The notes: generated by a model not told the origin, from the sequence alone. Counted from the stretch's first letter, positions 1-9,116 are shown. The stretch: 64,000 nucleotides of DNA from Methanothrix sp. (GCF_011620785.1 NZ_WOYM01000058.1); one strand, 5' to 3'. Translations and numbers: made by a program.

Positions 1-1300
1 AGAATGCCATTATCCCCATGCCGAATAGCATATTGAGTGGTGGGTCCTTTACCCGCAGGCCTGAGTCGTGGCCAAAGAAAGTGAAGAATGGAACCTTTAT
101 GCCTGCATGTTCGAAAACGCCTGCGGAGGCAAGCTGCAAGAGAACATAGACTATTGCCAGACCTCCAGATGCAGATGCTTGAACGACCATGGCTTTGGTC
201 ACAAAACCGGAAAACAGGGGGAATGCCGAAATTGATGCCGCCCCCACTAAACAGAAAATGGTAGTTAACGGCATGGTCTTATATAATCCGCCCAGGTCGG
301 TGATCTTTGCAGTTCCCGTCCTAAAAAGCACGCTTCCCACGCTCATAAAGAGCAGCGACTTATAGATGATGTGGGCAAAGGCGTGAGAAGTCGCGCCATT
401 GAGGGAAAGAGCTGTGCCCATCCCTATGCCGCATAGCATGAAACCCACCTGGTTGATGAGGCTATAGGAGAGGACCCGCCTCAAGTTATTCTCCAGGACG
501 GCATAAAATATAGGATATATAACCATAATTGCCCCCAGCCACATCAAAGGCCCAAAACCCGTGAAGCCCCTCGCTAAAACATACACGGCGGACTTGGTTG
601 TAAAGATGCTCAAATATACTGACCCCGTAACAGTTGACTCGGGATAAGCATCAGGTAGCCAGGCATGCAGCGGAGGAACGCCTGCATTTATAATAAAACC
701 TAAGAAGATTAACATAGCAGCCAGATAAGTACTGCTGGAACTCCAGCCAATGGCATCAAAGGTTATTGAACCGGTGCTGGCAATATATATGACAATTCCC
801 GCCAGCAGGATTATGCCGCCGGCAATGTGCCACATGATATATCTAAACCCGGCACTATGCGCTTTCTCCGTCGCACCATGCCAGATAACGAGCATGGACG
901 CGACCGACATTATCTCCCAGAAGAAATATAAGGTTATCAGGTCACCGGCAAAGACTACACCCAGCGCACTTCCCGCATATACTAGCTGGCACATATGTTC
1001 GCTGCTACTTTTTACATGAAGCGAATAGATCATGACCGGGACGGAGGCCAGGGTGAATGCCAGTGCGAATAGAAAGCTCAGTTTATCCACTCTTCCGAAG
1101 ACGAGATCGTATCCTAAGAATGGCAGATGCCACGATGAGAAGGGAATTTCTCCAAATACTCCCGTATACATGAGTATTACATCTATTAGCGCTGCCAAAG
1201 GGGGAATGATCAAATATGCCTGCTTCCACTTACCTTTAAAGAGCGGTACAAATAACGCTCCTATGATCAGTATAAATCCTGGATGCAACCAGCCTATCAT
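1..1300 (-). CDS. mrpD: Mrp/Mnh-type antiporter subunit D-like (NuoM/NuoN family); C-terminus lies beyond the left window edge
   Basis: The minus-strand ORF is open to the window edge, so it is absent from the ORF track. My translation from ATG 1300..1298 reads MIGWLHPGFILIIGALFVPLFKGKWKQAYLIIPPLAALIDVILMYTGVFGEIP. Further in (rc of 601-660) it reads LPDAYPESTVTGSVYLSIF. The pattern is polytopic and MnhD/NuoN-like. The gene starts 6 nt after the stop of 1307..1621. Confidence 0.85.
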   Translation of the reverse strand, partial: MIGWLHPGFILIIGALFVPLFKGKWKQAYLIIPPLAALIDVILMYTGVFGEIPFSSWHLPFLGYDLVFGRVDKLSFLFALAFTLASVPVMIYSLHVKSSSEHMCQLVYAGSALGVVFAGDLITLYFFWEIMSVASMLVIWHGATEKAHSAGFRYIMWHIAGGIILLAGIVIYIASTGSITFDAIGWSSSSTYLAAMLIFLGFIINAGVPPLHAWLPDAYPESTVTGSVYLSIFTTKSAVYVLARGFTGFGPLMWLGAIMVIYPIFYAVLENNLRRVLSYSLINQVGFMLCGIGMGTALSLNGATSHAFAHIIYKSLLFMSVGSVLFRTGTAKITDLGGLYKTMPLTTIFCLVGAASISAFPLFSGFVTKAMVVQASASGGLAIVYVLLQLASAGVFEHAGIKVPFFTFFGHDSGLRVKDPPLNMLFGMGIMAF

Positions 1301-1306
1301 CAGCTT

Positions 1307-1621
1307 TCACACCCCCTTCTTCTTATAATAGTCCTCATCTTTCGAGAGCCAAAGACGCAATCCTTTGGCTGCATAGATGAGGAAGGTGAATGCGGAGAAA
1401 CCGAATATCGCATAAAATGCCGTCACTTCTTGCCATGCGAACTCGACGGGCCACTGAACGAATAAACCAGCCATTACCATTATAATGAGGGAAAACGCAA
1501 CGATTGTGAGGAATAGGTTCCCGTGCCGGTGACGTGGCTCAGCGGTCCCGAGAAAGAGAAATACATATCCAATAATGCCCAATATGGCGAGAACTGCAAG
1601 TAATAAATCCACTTTCATCAT
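1307..1621 (-). CDS. small polytopic membrane protein of unknown function inside the mrp cluster
   Basis: 104-aa ORF with three hydrophobic spans (LLLAVLAILGIIGYVFLFL, LFLTIVAFSLIIMVMAGLFV, FYAIFGFSAFTFLIYAA). It sits directly upstream of the third mrpD-like gene. I recognise no family. Confidence 0.55.
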   Translation of the reverse strand: MMKVDLLLAVLAILGIIGYVFLFLGTAEPRHRHGNLFLTIVAFSLIIMVMAGLFVQWPVEFAWQEVTAFYAIFGFSAFTFLIYAAKGLRLWLSKDEDYYKKKGV

Positions 1622-1664
1622 CTCCTCATCTTGGATATAATTGATCCCCCATTTCCAATAATTA

Positions 1665-1826
1665 TCATAATATACCCATAGCTACTGATATCACGAATGC
1701 AGAGAATAACAGCGTCACAACTAGCAAGGCCCAGCCGAGCATCTCCGAGGGAAAGCCGTAATAGGTATGCCAAAAGTACTCGCTTCTCGCCCTCGTTTCC
1801 CTCTCTTCTTCTGCGGTATTTTCCAT
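1665..1826 (-). CDS. possible 53-aa single-TM micro-protein (sub-threshold ORF)
   Basis: Found by hand, with ATG at 1826..1824 and TGA at 1667..1665. Translation is MENTAEEERETRARSEYFWHTYYGFPSEMLGWALLVVTLLFSAFVISVAMGIL, an acidic N-terminus followed by one TM span. Coding status is unproven. Confidence 0.3.
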   Translation of the reverse strand: MENTAEEERETRARSEYFWHTYYGFPSEMLGWALLVVTLLFSAFVISVAMGIL

Positions 1827-1860
1827 CGATCTCTCTCCCGACATCCCATTATCATCTCTC

Positions 1861-3123
1861 TTATCTTACTTTTATCAGCCAGACATCTTCTTTTCCTGCG
1901 CCATAGGACTCAGTGACGCCGGTTATGATATAGCCACCATCCTGCGTCTCCTGCACGGAATTTCCCCAGTCATTGCGGGTGCCGCCAAACGTCTCATTCC
2001 ACAGCTCAATCCCCTTTGAATCGGTTTTTATCAACCATACACGCCCAATATTGTTAGAATTGAACAGCCGGGAATAGCTACGAACATTGTCGGTAGTTGT
2101 GGTGTTATAACCTGTGACGATATACCCGCCATCTCTCGTCTGCTGCACAGAGGCACCGGAGTCAAAATTGCTCCCCCCAAAGGTTCTATCCCATTCTTTG
2201 TCTCCCTTCAGGTCGGTCTTTATTAGCCAAACATCTCCTTTTCCCGCACCGAAGGACTCTGTTAAGCCAGCTATGATATACCCGCCATCTTCCGTTTCCT
2301 GCACTGACAAACCCAAATCCCGACTAGGTCCACCGAAGGTTTTAAGCCAATCCCAATGCAGCTTCGAATTGGTCTTTATCAGCCATACATCCTCTTTGCC
2401 GGATCCTGAAGACGGTGTGTAACCTGCAATGACATAGCCGCCGTCTTTGGTCAAACCGATCGATGCGGCCTCTGAATCCGCTCTGCCCGTGGCCATATCC
2501 AGCTGCTTATTTCCTTGCGAATCGATCTTGATGATCCAGGCCTTCTTGCCATTGGTAAATGACGTATAACCTGCAACGATGTACCCATCATCATTGGTTT
2601 GCTGCACTGAGAATCCCAAATCCTCACCGGATCCTCCAAAGGTTCGATCCCACAAGACACTCCCATTTGCATCGGTCTTTATAACCCATAAGTCATAATT
2701 GCCGACAATCCAAAAGGACTTCTTTCCTCCCACGATGATGTACCCCTCATCCTTAGTTTGCTGGACGAAAAAGCCCAAATCTTTTCCCAGACCGCCGTAG
2801 GTTCTATCCCATTCCTTGTGTCCCTTTGCATCCGTTTTTATCAGCCAGAGATCTCCCCTGTGCTGGACCTTAATGAGCCAGGAAAATGGCGCATCGGCGC
2901 CATAAGAGGATGTATAGCCGGTAATGATGTAGCCGCCATCCTTGGTCTGCTGGCCATAAGTGCCCACATCGTCACTGGAGCCACCGTAGGTTCTGTTCCA
3001 TTCCTCTCCAGGAATTGGGGCGCAGGGAAATGTGTTAAGCTGGCCGGAAGTCGTTGTATCGGGGTTGGCTGATGCTAAGCATATTACCATCCACAGCACA
3101 ATCACAAATCTCTCCTTAATCAT
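1861..3123 (-). CDS. secreted seven-repeat beta-propeller-type protein (SBBP/PQQ-like repeats)
   Basis: 420 aa with a signal-like N-terminus MIKERFVIVLWMVICLASA. Seven tandem units of about 48-62 aa follow the pattern W-x-RT(F/Y)GG..D.G.SVQ(Q/E)T.DGGYI(I/V).G.T...D(V/L)WLIKTD. A purine-rich GGGGGAGG lies immediately upstream of the ATG. An 82-nt gap with an A/T-rich stretch separates it from the upstream mrpD. Confidence 0.85.
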   Translation of the reverse strand: MIKERFVIVLWMVICLASANPDTTTSGQLNTFPCAPIPGEEWNRTYGGSSDDVGTYGQQTKDGGYIITGYTSSYGADAPFSWLIKVQHRGDLWLIKTDAKGHKEWDRTYGGLGKDLGFFVQQTKDEGYIIVGGKKSFWIVGNYDLWVIKTDANGSVLWDRTFGGSGEDLGFSVQQTNDDGYIVAGYTSFTNGKKAWIIKIDSQGNKQLDMATGRADSEAASIGLTKDGGYVIAGYTPSSGSGKEDVWLIKTNSKLHWDWLKTFGGPSRDLGLSVQETEDGGYIIAGLTESFGAGKGDVWLIKTDLKGDKEWDRTFGGSNFDSGASVQQTRDGGYIVTGYNTTTTDNVRSYSRLFNSNNIGRVWLIKTDSKGIELWNETFGGTRNDWGNSVQETQDGGYIITGVTESYGAGKEDVWLIKVR

Positions 3124-3205
3124 GCCTCCCCCTTATGTCTAAATTGATTCAGTAATCCTAATCGGTCCGCATTTTATCATTCTAGTGCAGTTTCGGATGA
3201 TTCCT

Positions 3206-4708
3206 TCATACACCTCCGAAGAGTTCTGATATAGCCATTTCTGCTAGATCATATATGTAGAACATATTTGGATATATGAAAAATACTAGGGAGAAGATTG
3301 CGGTTATTGCCAAGGGGACGACCACCAACAGTGGTGCCTCCTTCATCTTTTCTTCTCCAAATGCGCTGATATCCTCTGCAGGCTTCTTGAAGAACGCTGT
3401 CAGTATTATAGGAAAGAAATAAACTATATCCAGCAAAGAGCTTATCAGGATGACTGCTAAGAATATCATCCCATATGGAGAGCCCACTGCCCATGCGCCC
3501 AGACAGAGATACAATTTGCTGATAAATCCGCAAACTGGGGGGATTCCAGCCATGCCTATGGCAGCTATGCTGAATGCGAGCATGGTCACGGGCATCCTCT
3601 TCCCTATTCCCGCCATCTCGCTTATTCTCATCTTACCTGTCGCCACCAATATGGCACCGGCACAAAGGAAGAGGGTTATCTTCATGTATCCGTGGAAGGG
3701 GATATGTAACATCGCCCCTTGCATGCTGTCTCGGGTCATCAATGCCGCACCCAAGATGATGTAGGATAACTGGCTTATGGTGGAGTAGGCTAGCCTCCTC
3801 TTGAGGTTATCCTGGGTGATGGCGAAGAAGGAGGCAACGATCATGGTGAAGCCGGCAATGCCTGCCAGGATCAGCCAGAGCCCCAGCTCCTGCATCAGGT
3901 CCATGCCTATGACGTAGCCTACTATGCGCACAATTCCAAAGACTCCCGCCTTGACCACAGCTACGGCGTGCAGTAGCGCGCTCACTGGCGAAGGTGCGAT
4001 CATCGCCGAGGGCAGCCAGGAATGAAAGGGCATCCACGCCGCCTTCATAAATCCTAGAAGGAAGGCGAAGAATAGCACGGTTACTATCATTGGTGAGGCA
4101 TCAGCTAGTGGCCTTATACCGCCGGGCGTAAAATCCGTAGTGCCTGCCAGGTAATAAGTGACCATGATGGCGAAAAGGAGGAAGGCACCTGCTGGCATCA
4201 GATAGGCCAGGTACTTATGCCCTGCCCGCAGTGCCTCCGGCGTCTGCTCATGAATTACCAGAGGGTAGGTAGAGACGGTTATTATCTCATAAAATATGTA
4301 CAGGGTGACTAAATTTGCCGACAAAGCAACACCCACTGCACCCATTATGGCAAAGCAGAATGAAAAGTAGTATCTAGTCTGAGCATGCTCCTTGAGCGTT
4401 CGCATATATCCTATGGAGTAAATGGAAACCAGGACCCAGAGGGAGGATGCAGTTATGGCGAAGATTTCGCCAAAGGCATCAACCTTGAATCCAATATAGA
4501 TATCCTTGAACATCGACTGGAACAGGATGAGTTTTATCGTCTCTCCTTTCACGATCAGTGGTGCCATGGACAGAACGAGCAGGAACATCGCTACGCTTGC
4601 GGCTATTGTCCATGCCTCTCTTATGTTGGGATGATTCCTGGAGGGCAGGATTAAAGCGGCTGCTATCGCTGGGCACAGGATGGCAAAAAGGGGCGTCATT
4701 AGCTCCAT
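3206..4708 (-). CDS. mrpD: Mrp/Mnh antiporter subunit D-like (NuoL/M/N family)
   Basis: 500-aa polytopic ORF. The conserved core is WMPFHSWLPSAMIAPSPVSALLHAVAVVKAGVFGIVR, followed later by LAYSTISQLSYIILGAAL. Its start shares 1 nt with the stop of 4708..6228. Confidence 0.9.
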   Translation of the reverse strand: MELMTPLFAILCPAIAAALILPSRNHPNIREAWTIAASVAMFLLVLSMAPLIVKGETIKLILFQSMFKDIYIGFKVDAFGEIFAITASSLWVLVSIYSIGYMRTLKEHAQTRYYFSFCFAIMGAVGVALSANLVTLYIFYEIITVSTYPLVIHEQTPEALRAGHKYLAYLMPAGAFLLFAIMVTYYLAGTTDFTPGGIRPLADASPMIVTVLFFAFLLGFMKAAWMPFHSWLPSAMIAPSPVSALLHAVAVVKAGVFGIVRIVGYVIGMDLMQELGLWLILAGIAGFTMIVASFFAITQDNLKRRLAYSTISQLSYIILGAALMTRDSMQGAMLHIPFHGYMKITLFLCAGAILVATGKMRISEMAGIGKRMPVTMLAFSIAAIGMAGIPPVCGFISKLYLCLGAWAVGSPYGMIFLAVILISSLLDIVYFFPIILTAFFKKPAEDISAFGEEKMKEAPLLVVVPLAITAIFSLVFFIYPNMFYIYDLAEMAISELFGGV

Positions 4709-6228
4709 TAGAGCGTCACCCCCATTCTCAGATTCGATAATATGTGATTAATCAGAGGCATAGGAATATTTGTGAGCCAGATGATGCCCATTATGATACA
4801 AAGGGACGCCAGGATCAGTATCGGCGCAACCATGGAGAGCGGGAGAGATTTGCTCTTTTCTCTGACCTCTACCGCATTCTCTGTCACCTTGTGCTTCACA
4901 AAGTACATTTGATCAATCACCCTCCAGAAGTATACCAGGTTAAGGAGGCTGCTTAGCAGCAATACGGCTACGAAGGGGTATTGAGCGGCATCCAGGGAGG
5001 CAACAATCAAGAAAAGCTTGGAGGCGAATCCCGCAGTAAGCGGAATTCCTATCATCGAGAGTGCGGCAATAGTAAAGGCTGCACAGACATGCGGCATCTT
5101 TTTCCCGAGGGCCTCAAAGTCCCTTATGTCCCTCAGTCCCTCTTGCTGACTGATAGCGCCGGCGCACATGAAGAGACAGCCTTTCCCAATGGCATGATTC
5201 AATATGTGAACCACGACGCCAACCAGCCCCCATGGTGATAAGGGAGAAAGTCCTAACCCTAAGAGTATATACCCCATTTGTGATACCGAGGAGTAGGCGA
5301 GCATTCTCTTCAGATTTCTCTGCTTTATTGCCCAGATTGAACCTGCCAGAATGGCTATCGCAGCAACCCAACATATTAATAAATCAAGGCCGATATAGTG
5401 CCGTACGAATTCCAATGTGAAGACGGAGTAAAACATCCTTAAAAGTATATAGAACATCACTTTCACATGCACTGAGGCCATCATTGAGCTTATAGTGGAC
5501 GGAGCATAGGTATAAACATCAGGCTGCCATAGATGAAGGGGAAATATGTATGCCTTAATCATAACTCCCACCACAATCATGGCAAAGCCCATTTGAACTG
5601 CTCTATTGTCATATACGAGTGGAAGCAATAGCCTCATATCAGCGAAATTGAGGGTGCCCGTGACGGAATAAATCCAACCAACGCCAAAGATGTATAAAAC
5701 GGCACCGATGGAACCCATTATCACATAATTATAAGCCGCCCGCAATGCTCTTCCACCGGCTGCAGCTATTAATGCATATGCGGTCAGGGACGCAATCTCC
5801 AACCAGATGAACATGTTGAACAGGTCGCCAGTAACGGTTATTCCGTACATTCCGGCAGCCATGAGCTGGACTAGGGTGTAGAAGGTGACATGCTTCCTTT
5901 CCTCTATCTCATGCCTTACATTACCACGAGAATATATTAATACTAATATAACTATTGATATAACTATGATCAGCAGGTAGGCATTCATCGCATCTACAAC
6001 GTACTCAATGCCCCAGGGCGGCCTCCACCCCCCCAGCCAGTAGCGGATAGGTCCCACGGTAAGGACATGATCCAATATGAATAGGGACATGATGAGGAAG
6101 ACAGAGTTCATGGCCAAAGACATGAAGAAGGGCAGCTTTCTGCTCGTGTATCCAGCAAGCAGCATAGTAAAGCCACAAAACAATGCCAGCCCGACTATGA
6201 GCACGGGGAAATGTTCAACTGGATACAT
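4708..6228 (-). CDS. mrpD: Mrp/Mnh antiporter subunit D-like (NuoL/M/N family)
   Basis: 506-aa polytopic ORF. Core motifs are FPLHLWQPDVYTYAPSTISSMMASVHVKV and LAYSSVSQMGYILLGLG. Confidence 0.9.
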   Translation of the reverse strand: MYPVEHFPVLIVGLALFCGFTMLLAGYTSRKLPFFMSLAMNSVFLIMSLFILDHVLTVGPIRYWLGGWRPPWGIEYVVDAMNAYLLIIVISIVILVLIYSRGNVRHEIEERKHVTFYTLVQLMAAGMYGITVTGDLFNMFIWLEIASLTAYALIAAAGGRALRAAYNYVIMGSIGAVLYIFGVGWIYSVTGTLNFADMRLLLPLVYDNRAVQMGFAMIVVGVMIKAYIFPLHLWQPDVYTYAPSTISSMMASVHVKVMFYILLRMFYSVFTLEFVRHYIGLDLLICWVAAIAILAGSIWAIKQRNLKRMLAYSSVSQMGYILLGLGLSPLSPWGLVGVVVHILNHAIGKGCLFMCAGAISQQEGLRDIRDFEALGKKMPHVCAAFTIAALSMIGIPLTAGFASKLFLIVASLDAAQYPFVAVLLLSSLLNLVYFWRVIDQMYFVKHKVTENAVEVREKSKSLPLSMVAPILILASLCIIMGIIWLTNIPMPLINHILSNLRMGVTL

Positions 6229-6236
6229 TTCTCACA

Positions 6237-6665
6237 TCACCCCCCCACTCGCTCAAATTCCTTCTCTTTCTCTATTATCTCGTCCTCTTCTATGGTCCCA
6301 TACTTTTGATATATTCTTATCACAATGGCTAGGGCGACTGCGGTTGTGGCCGCGCTCACCACAATTCCTGTCAGCATCAGCACATTGGGCAGTGGATTCA
6401 CGTATATGTAGCCTTTCTCTGCTGCTTGCTCCCATAAAATGGGTGGAGTACCCGTTTTCAATCCCCAGGTAGTTAAAATATTCCGTCCTACATCTCCGAG
6501 GGACACAAACCAAAGGAACATAGCCGTCTGAAATATGCTTAAACCGATGAGCTTTTTAAGCAAGTTCTCCTTTACGATCGTTGCAGTAAGGCCTATGATA
6601 GCGATGAGCATGGCAATCCAGAAATTATATTTTTCGAGGACGTGTTGAATTAACCATTCCATCAT
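6237..6665 (-). CDS. mrpC: Mrp/Mnh antiporter subunit C (NuoK-like)
   Basis: 142 aa and three TM spans, with LIGLSIFQTAMFLWFVSLG and NPLPNVLMLTGIVVSAATTAVALAIVIRIY. It overlaps mrpB by 4 nt. Confidence 0.85.
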   Translation of the reverse strand: MMEWLIQHVLEKYNFWIAMLIAIIGLTATIVKENLLKKLIGLSIFQTAMFLWFVSLGDVGRNILTTWGLKTGTPPILWEQAAEKGYIYVNPLPNVLMLTGIVVSAATTAVALAIVIRIYQKYGTIEEDEIIEKEKEFERVGG

Positions 6666-7147
6666 CCTTCATCACCTTCCATCTCATCATCCTCTTTCAT
6701 AGACAGATCGAAATATTGAGAGACGAATGACGCCATCACCGTCAATCCAATCCCCACAGAGATCATGTATGCTATTAGAAACCCCCTAGCTCCTGCTACC
6801 CCTGTAAATTCCGTCACGGGCCAAAATGCGGGCATATTAAGCCACTGTGCAGTGGCAAGGCTGAAAAGGATACACAACCAACCGGCACCATTATACAGGA
6901 ACAAGCCGAAGCTTTTGAAGAAAACATTCACTGACTCGGGCATTTTTTCTCTGCCTTTGTCCGCGCCAAAGACGGTTATATAAAGGATGAATCCCGTGGC
7001 AAGTATTGTCCCACCTTGAAATCCACCTCCGGTCCCACCCGTCCCCATCATAACATAGAGCCCAAATAACAAGATAAAAGGGAACATCAGACTTGCCGTC
7101 ACCTCAATTACAACATCCCTTTTATATGCCCTCTTCTCCTGGGTCAT
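6662..7147 (-). CDS. mrpB: Mrp/Mnh antiporter subunit B (MnhB domain)
   Basis: 161-aa polytopic ORF with GTGGTGGGFQGGTILATGFILYI. It overlaps both neighbouring genes by 4 nt. Confidence 0.8.
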   Translation of the reverse strand: MTQEKRAYKRDVVIEVTASLMFPFILLFGLYVMMGTGGTGGGFQGGTILATGFILYITVFGADKGREKMPESVNVFFKSFGLFLYNGAGWLCILFSLATAQWLNMPAFWPVTEFTGVAGARGFLIAYMISVGIGLTVMASFVSQYFDLSMKEDDEMEGDEG

Positions 7148-7743
7148 AGTCGCCCTCGCCTCCTCAGCAGCAATATAACGCCAATTGCACCGGTGAGGAT
7201 GACAGTCTCCTCACCCATTGTATCGTAACCCCTGTAATCAGCAAGCCCGGCAGTCACGATGTTTATGGTGGCCGTCTCCTCCTCAGTCATTTCATTGATC
7301 CTAACCGGAAAATTATATCTGTAGACGGTCAAATTTCCGTCGTCTTCTTTAATAAAATAATATCGTATAGGTTCATTATAAAATATCTCGCCTTCATTGA
7401 TGAGAACATCCCATCCCCCTTCTGAGAGCCGACCCCCCTCGAACGATCCCTTTTCGCTCCACTCGATCCTGTAATTCCCCTCTTCCAGGGTTGGATAATT
7501 CTCCTCTTTATTAAATCCCATATCTTCTATTTTGGTTTTGATTTGCAAAGGAAGAATGCCTGCATTTAAGCTCTCCACCAGGCCATCGGCATCAACGTTG
7601 AAAAGCTTCACATATTTATTAACAGGAGAATTCTCATCACCGAAAGCTGGCAGGTCCTCGACCACATATATCGACAAGGCAATCAAGAGGATGGCGGTAA
7701 TGAATCCCGATATCGTCAGTGGTTTCATTGCTGGTGGTTTCAT
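7144..7743 (-). CDS. MnhB-related (MbhE-like) subunit with a large hydrophilic insertion
   Basis: I chose the start at ATG 7743, which forms an ATGA overlap with the stop of 7740..7985, giving 199 aa. The N-terminal TM is LTISGFITAILLIALSIYVV. The C-terminal conserved motif is NIVTAGLADYRGYDTMGEETVILTGAIGVILLL. About 125 hydrophilic residues lie between them. Confidence 0.7.
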   Translation of the reverse strand: MKPPAMKPLTISGFITAILLIALSIYVVEDLPAFGDENSPVNKYVKLFNVDADGLVESLNAGILPLQIKTKIEDMGFNKEENYPTLEEGNYRIEWSEKGSFEGGRLSEGGWDVLINEGEIFYNEPIRYYFIKEDDGNLTVYRYNFPVRINEMTEEETATINIVTAGLADYRGYDTMGEETVILTGAIGVILLLRRRGRL

Positions 7744-7985
7744 TTCTTCTCCCACCTCGGCACTCTCGATAAACAGGCCATCATTAGGGCAGTTGAGGCA
7801 CCGGCTCCTACTGCCGCCTCGGTAAATGCTACATCGCATGAGCCCATCTGCAGCCAAACATTGGCCATAATAAAGCTATAAGCACCCATCAAGACGATGG
7901 CAGCCAAAAGGTCCTTTACCCATAACGCTGCCACGGCAATAATAAGAAGAAATAACAATAACAATAAATCAATAGGAAGTATCAT
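7740..7985 (-). CDS. DUF4040/MbhD-like membrane subunit (equivalent to the C-terminal part of fused MrpA)
   Basis: 81 aa, reading LLLLLFLLIIAVAALWVKDLLAAIVLMGAYSFIMANVWLQMGSCDVAFTEAAVGAG. This matches the conserved PDVA(L/F)TEAAVG signature. Confidence 0.75.
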   Translation of the reverse strand: MILPIDLLLLLFLLIIAVAALWVKDLLAAIVLMGAYSFIMANVWLQMGSCDVAFTEAAVGAGASTALMMACLSRVPRWEKK

Positions 7986-8000
7986 CTTTTTTAGCCTCCT

Positions 8001-8534
8001 TTATTCCTCCATAAAGACATGACCCACTTTCTTTTGCATGCTCTGGTCTACAGTAAGAGATTCTGCAGGCTCTTTGGCAATGGCATGCACTATGTATCGC
8101 CCCATCTCAGGCTCGATATCTATGGTTATTGTCCCTGGAGTCAATGTGATGGAGTTTGCAAATGTGACTAGGGCGAAGTCACTTCTCAGAGTTGTATCAA
8201 ATTCTATGATTCTGGGATCTACCGGCAGAATGCCCAGGACACGTTTTGTCACATCAATAGTGGCCAGATAAATTTGCCATAACTCCCATCCGATATAAGG
8301 AATTAGTCTTCGGATCTTCAAGAGCACATTCTCGCCTCGGCTGGGCACGAAGATCTCGTAGGTGAGGAATGAGACAATCAATGCTGCCAATATACCTCTT
8401 GACGATACTTTGAAGAGATCATAGGGCTCGAGAAGATAAACGGTCCAGGCTGATAGGAGCATCCAGAATGCGAACATGACGCAAAAAGTCAGAGCGATTG
8501 AGAAGGACCAGCCCTCTTTTTTCATAGCAGTCAT
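8001..8534 (-). CDS. mrpE: Mrp/Mnh antiporter subunit E
   Basis: I placed the start at ATG 8534 (MTAMKKEGW), just after the mrpG stop. The MnhE-like motif is FALVTFANSITLTPGTITIDIE. Confidence 0.75.
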   Translation of the reverse strand: MTAMKKEGWSFSIALTFCVMFAFWMLLSAWTVYLLEPYDLFKVSSRGILAALIVSFLTYEIFVPSRGENVLLKIRRLIPYIGWELWQIYLATIDVTKRVLGILPVDPRIIEFDTTLRSDFALVTFANSITLTPGTITIDIEPEMGRYIVHAIAKEPAESLTVDQSMQKKVGHVFMEE

Positions 8535-8541
8535 CTCTCCA

Positions 8542-8856
8542 TCACATCCTCTTGTCGCCCTTCCTCCAAACCGGCAAGCCGCTAACATATGCAGCTTTCA
8601 TCAAGGCGTGCGTACCTGTAGGACCGACCAATAGGTAAAAAGCCGACACGAAGAACAGTTTAATCGTTATAAAGCTCAATCCTTCATAGGTCATGCAGCC
8701 AACTATTATGAGGATCTGTCCAAGTGTGTCGCATTTTCCCGTAGCATGCAGCCTGGTATAGAAATCAGGAAACCTCAAAAGCCCCGCGGTTCCAATTATC
8801 ATGAAAAAGGCTCCTGCCGCCAAAAACATTGTCGATATCACGTCTATCGCTAACAT
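8542..8856 (-). CDS. mrpG: Mrp/Mnh antiporter subunit G
   Basis: The internal start at ATG 8856 (MLAIDVISTMF) overlaps the mrpF stop. The MnhG motif is GLLRFPDFYTRLHATGKCDTLG. The longer tracked ORF (to 9231) has an implausible Cys-rich N-terminus. Confidence 0.85.
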   Translation of the reverse strand: MLAIDVISTMFLAAGAFFMIIGTAGLLRFPDFYTRLHATGKCDTLGQILIIVGCMTYEGLSFITIKLFFVSAFYLLVGPTGTHALMKAAYVSGLPVWRKGDKRM

Positions 8857-9116
8857 AGTTCTCCTCGTTCTACATATTTGGCGATAATTATCGTTCCAAT
8901 AAATGCAATTACAGCATACATGAGTGCAATGTCGATGAATTCCGGTCTTTCGATGATATAGCCCACCACGATCAAGAGCACAATCGCCTTCGTACCTATC
9001 ACATTCGCAGCAACGATACGGTTGAACGTCCCCGGTCCATAGATAGCTCTGTACGAGCACACTAGAATTGTGGTCGCTATTATAATTCCAACAACAAGAA
9101 ATGGGACAATCATCAC
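8850..9116 (-). CDS. mrpF: Mrp/Mnh antiporter subunit F
   Basis: 88 aa and three TM spans, with IYGPGTFNRIVAANVIGTKAIVLLIVVG and DIALMYAVIAFIGTIIIAKY. It is the first gene of the cluster. An AT-rich promoter region lies upstream at 9117-9360. Confidence 0.8.
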   Translation of the reverse strand: MMIVPFLVVGIIIATTILVCSYRAIYGPGTFNRIVAANVIGTKAIVLLIVVGYIIERPEFIDIALMYAVIAFIGTIIIAKYVERGELC

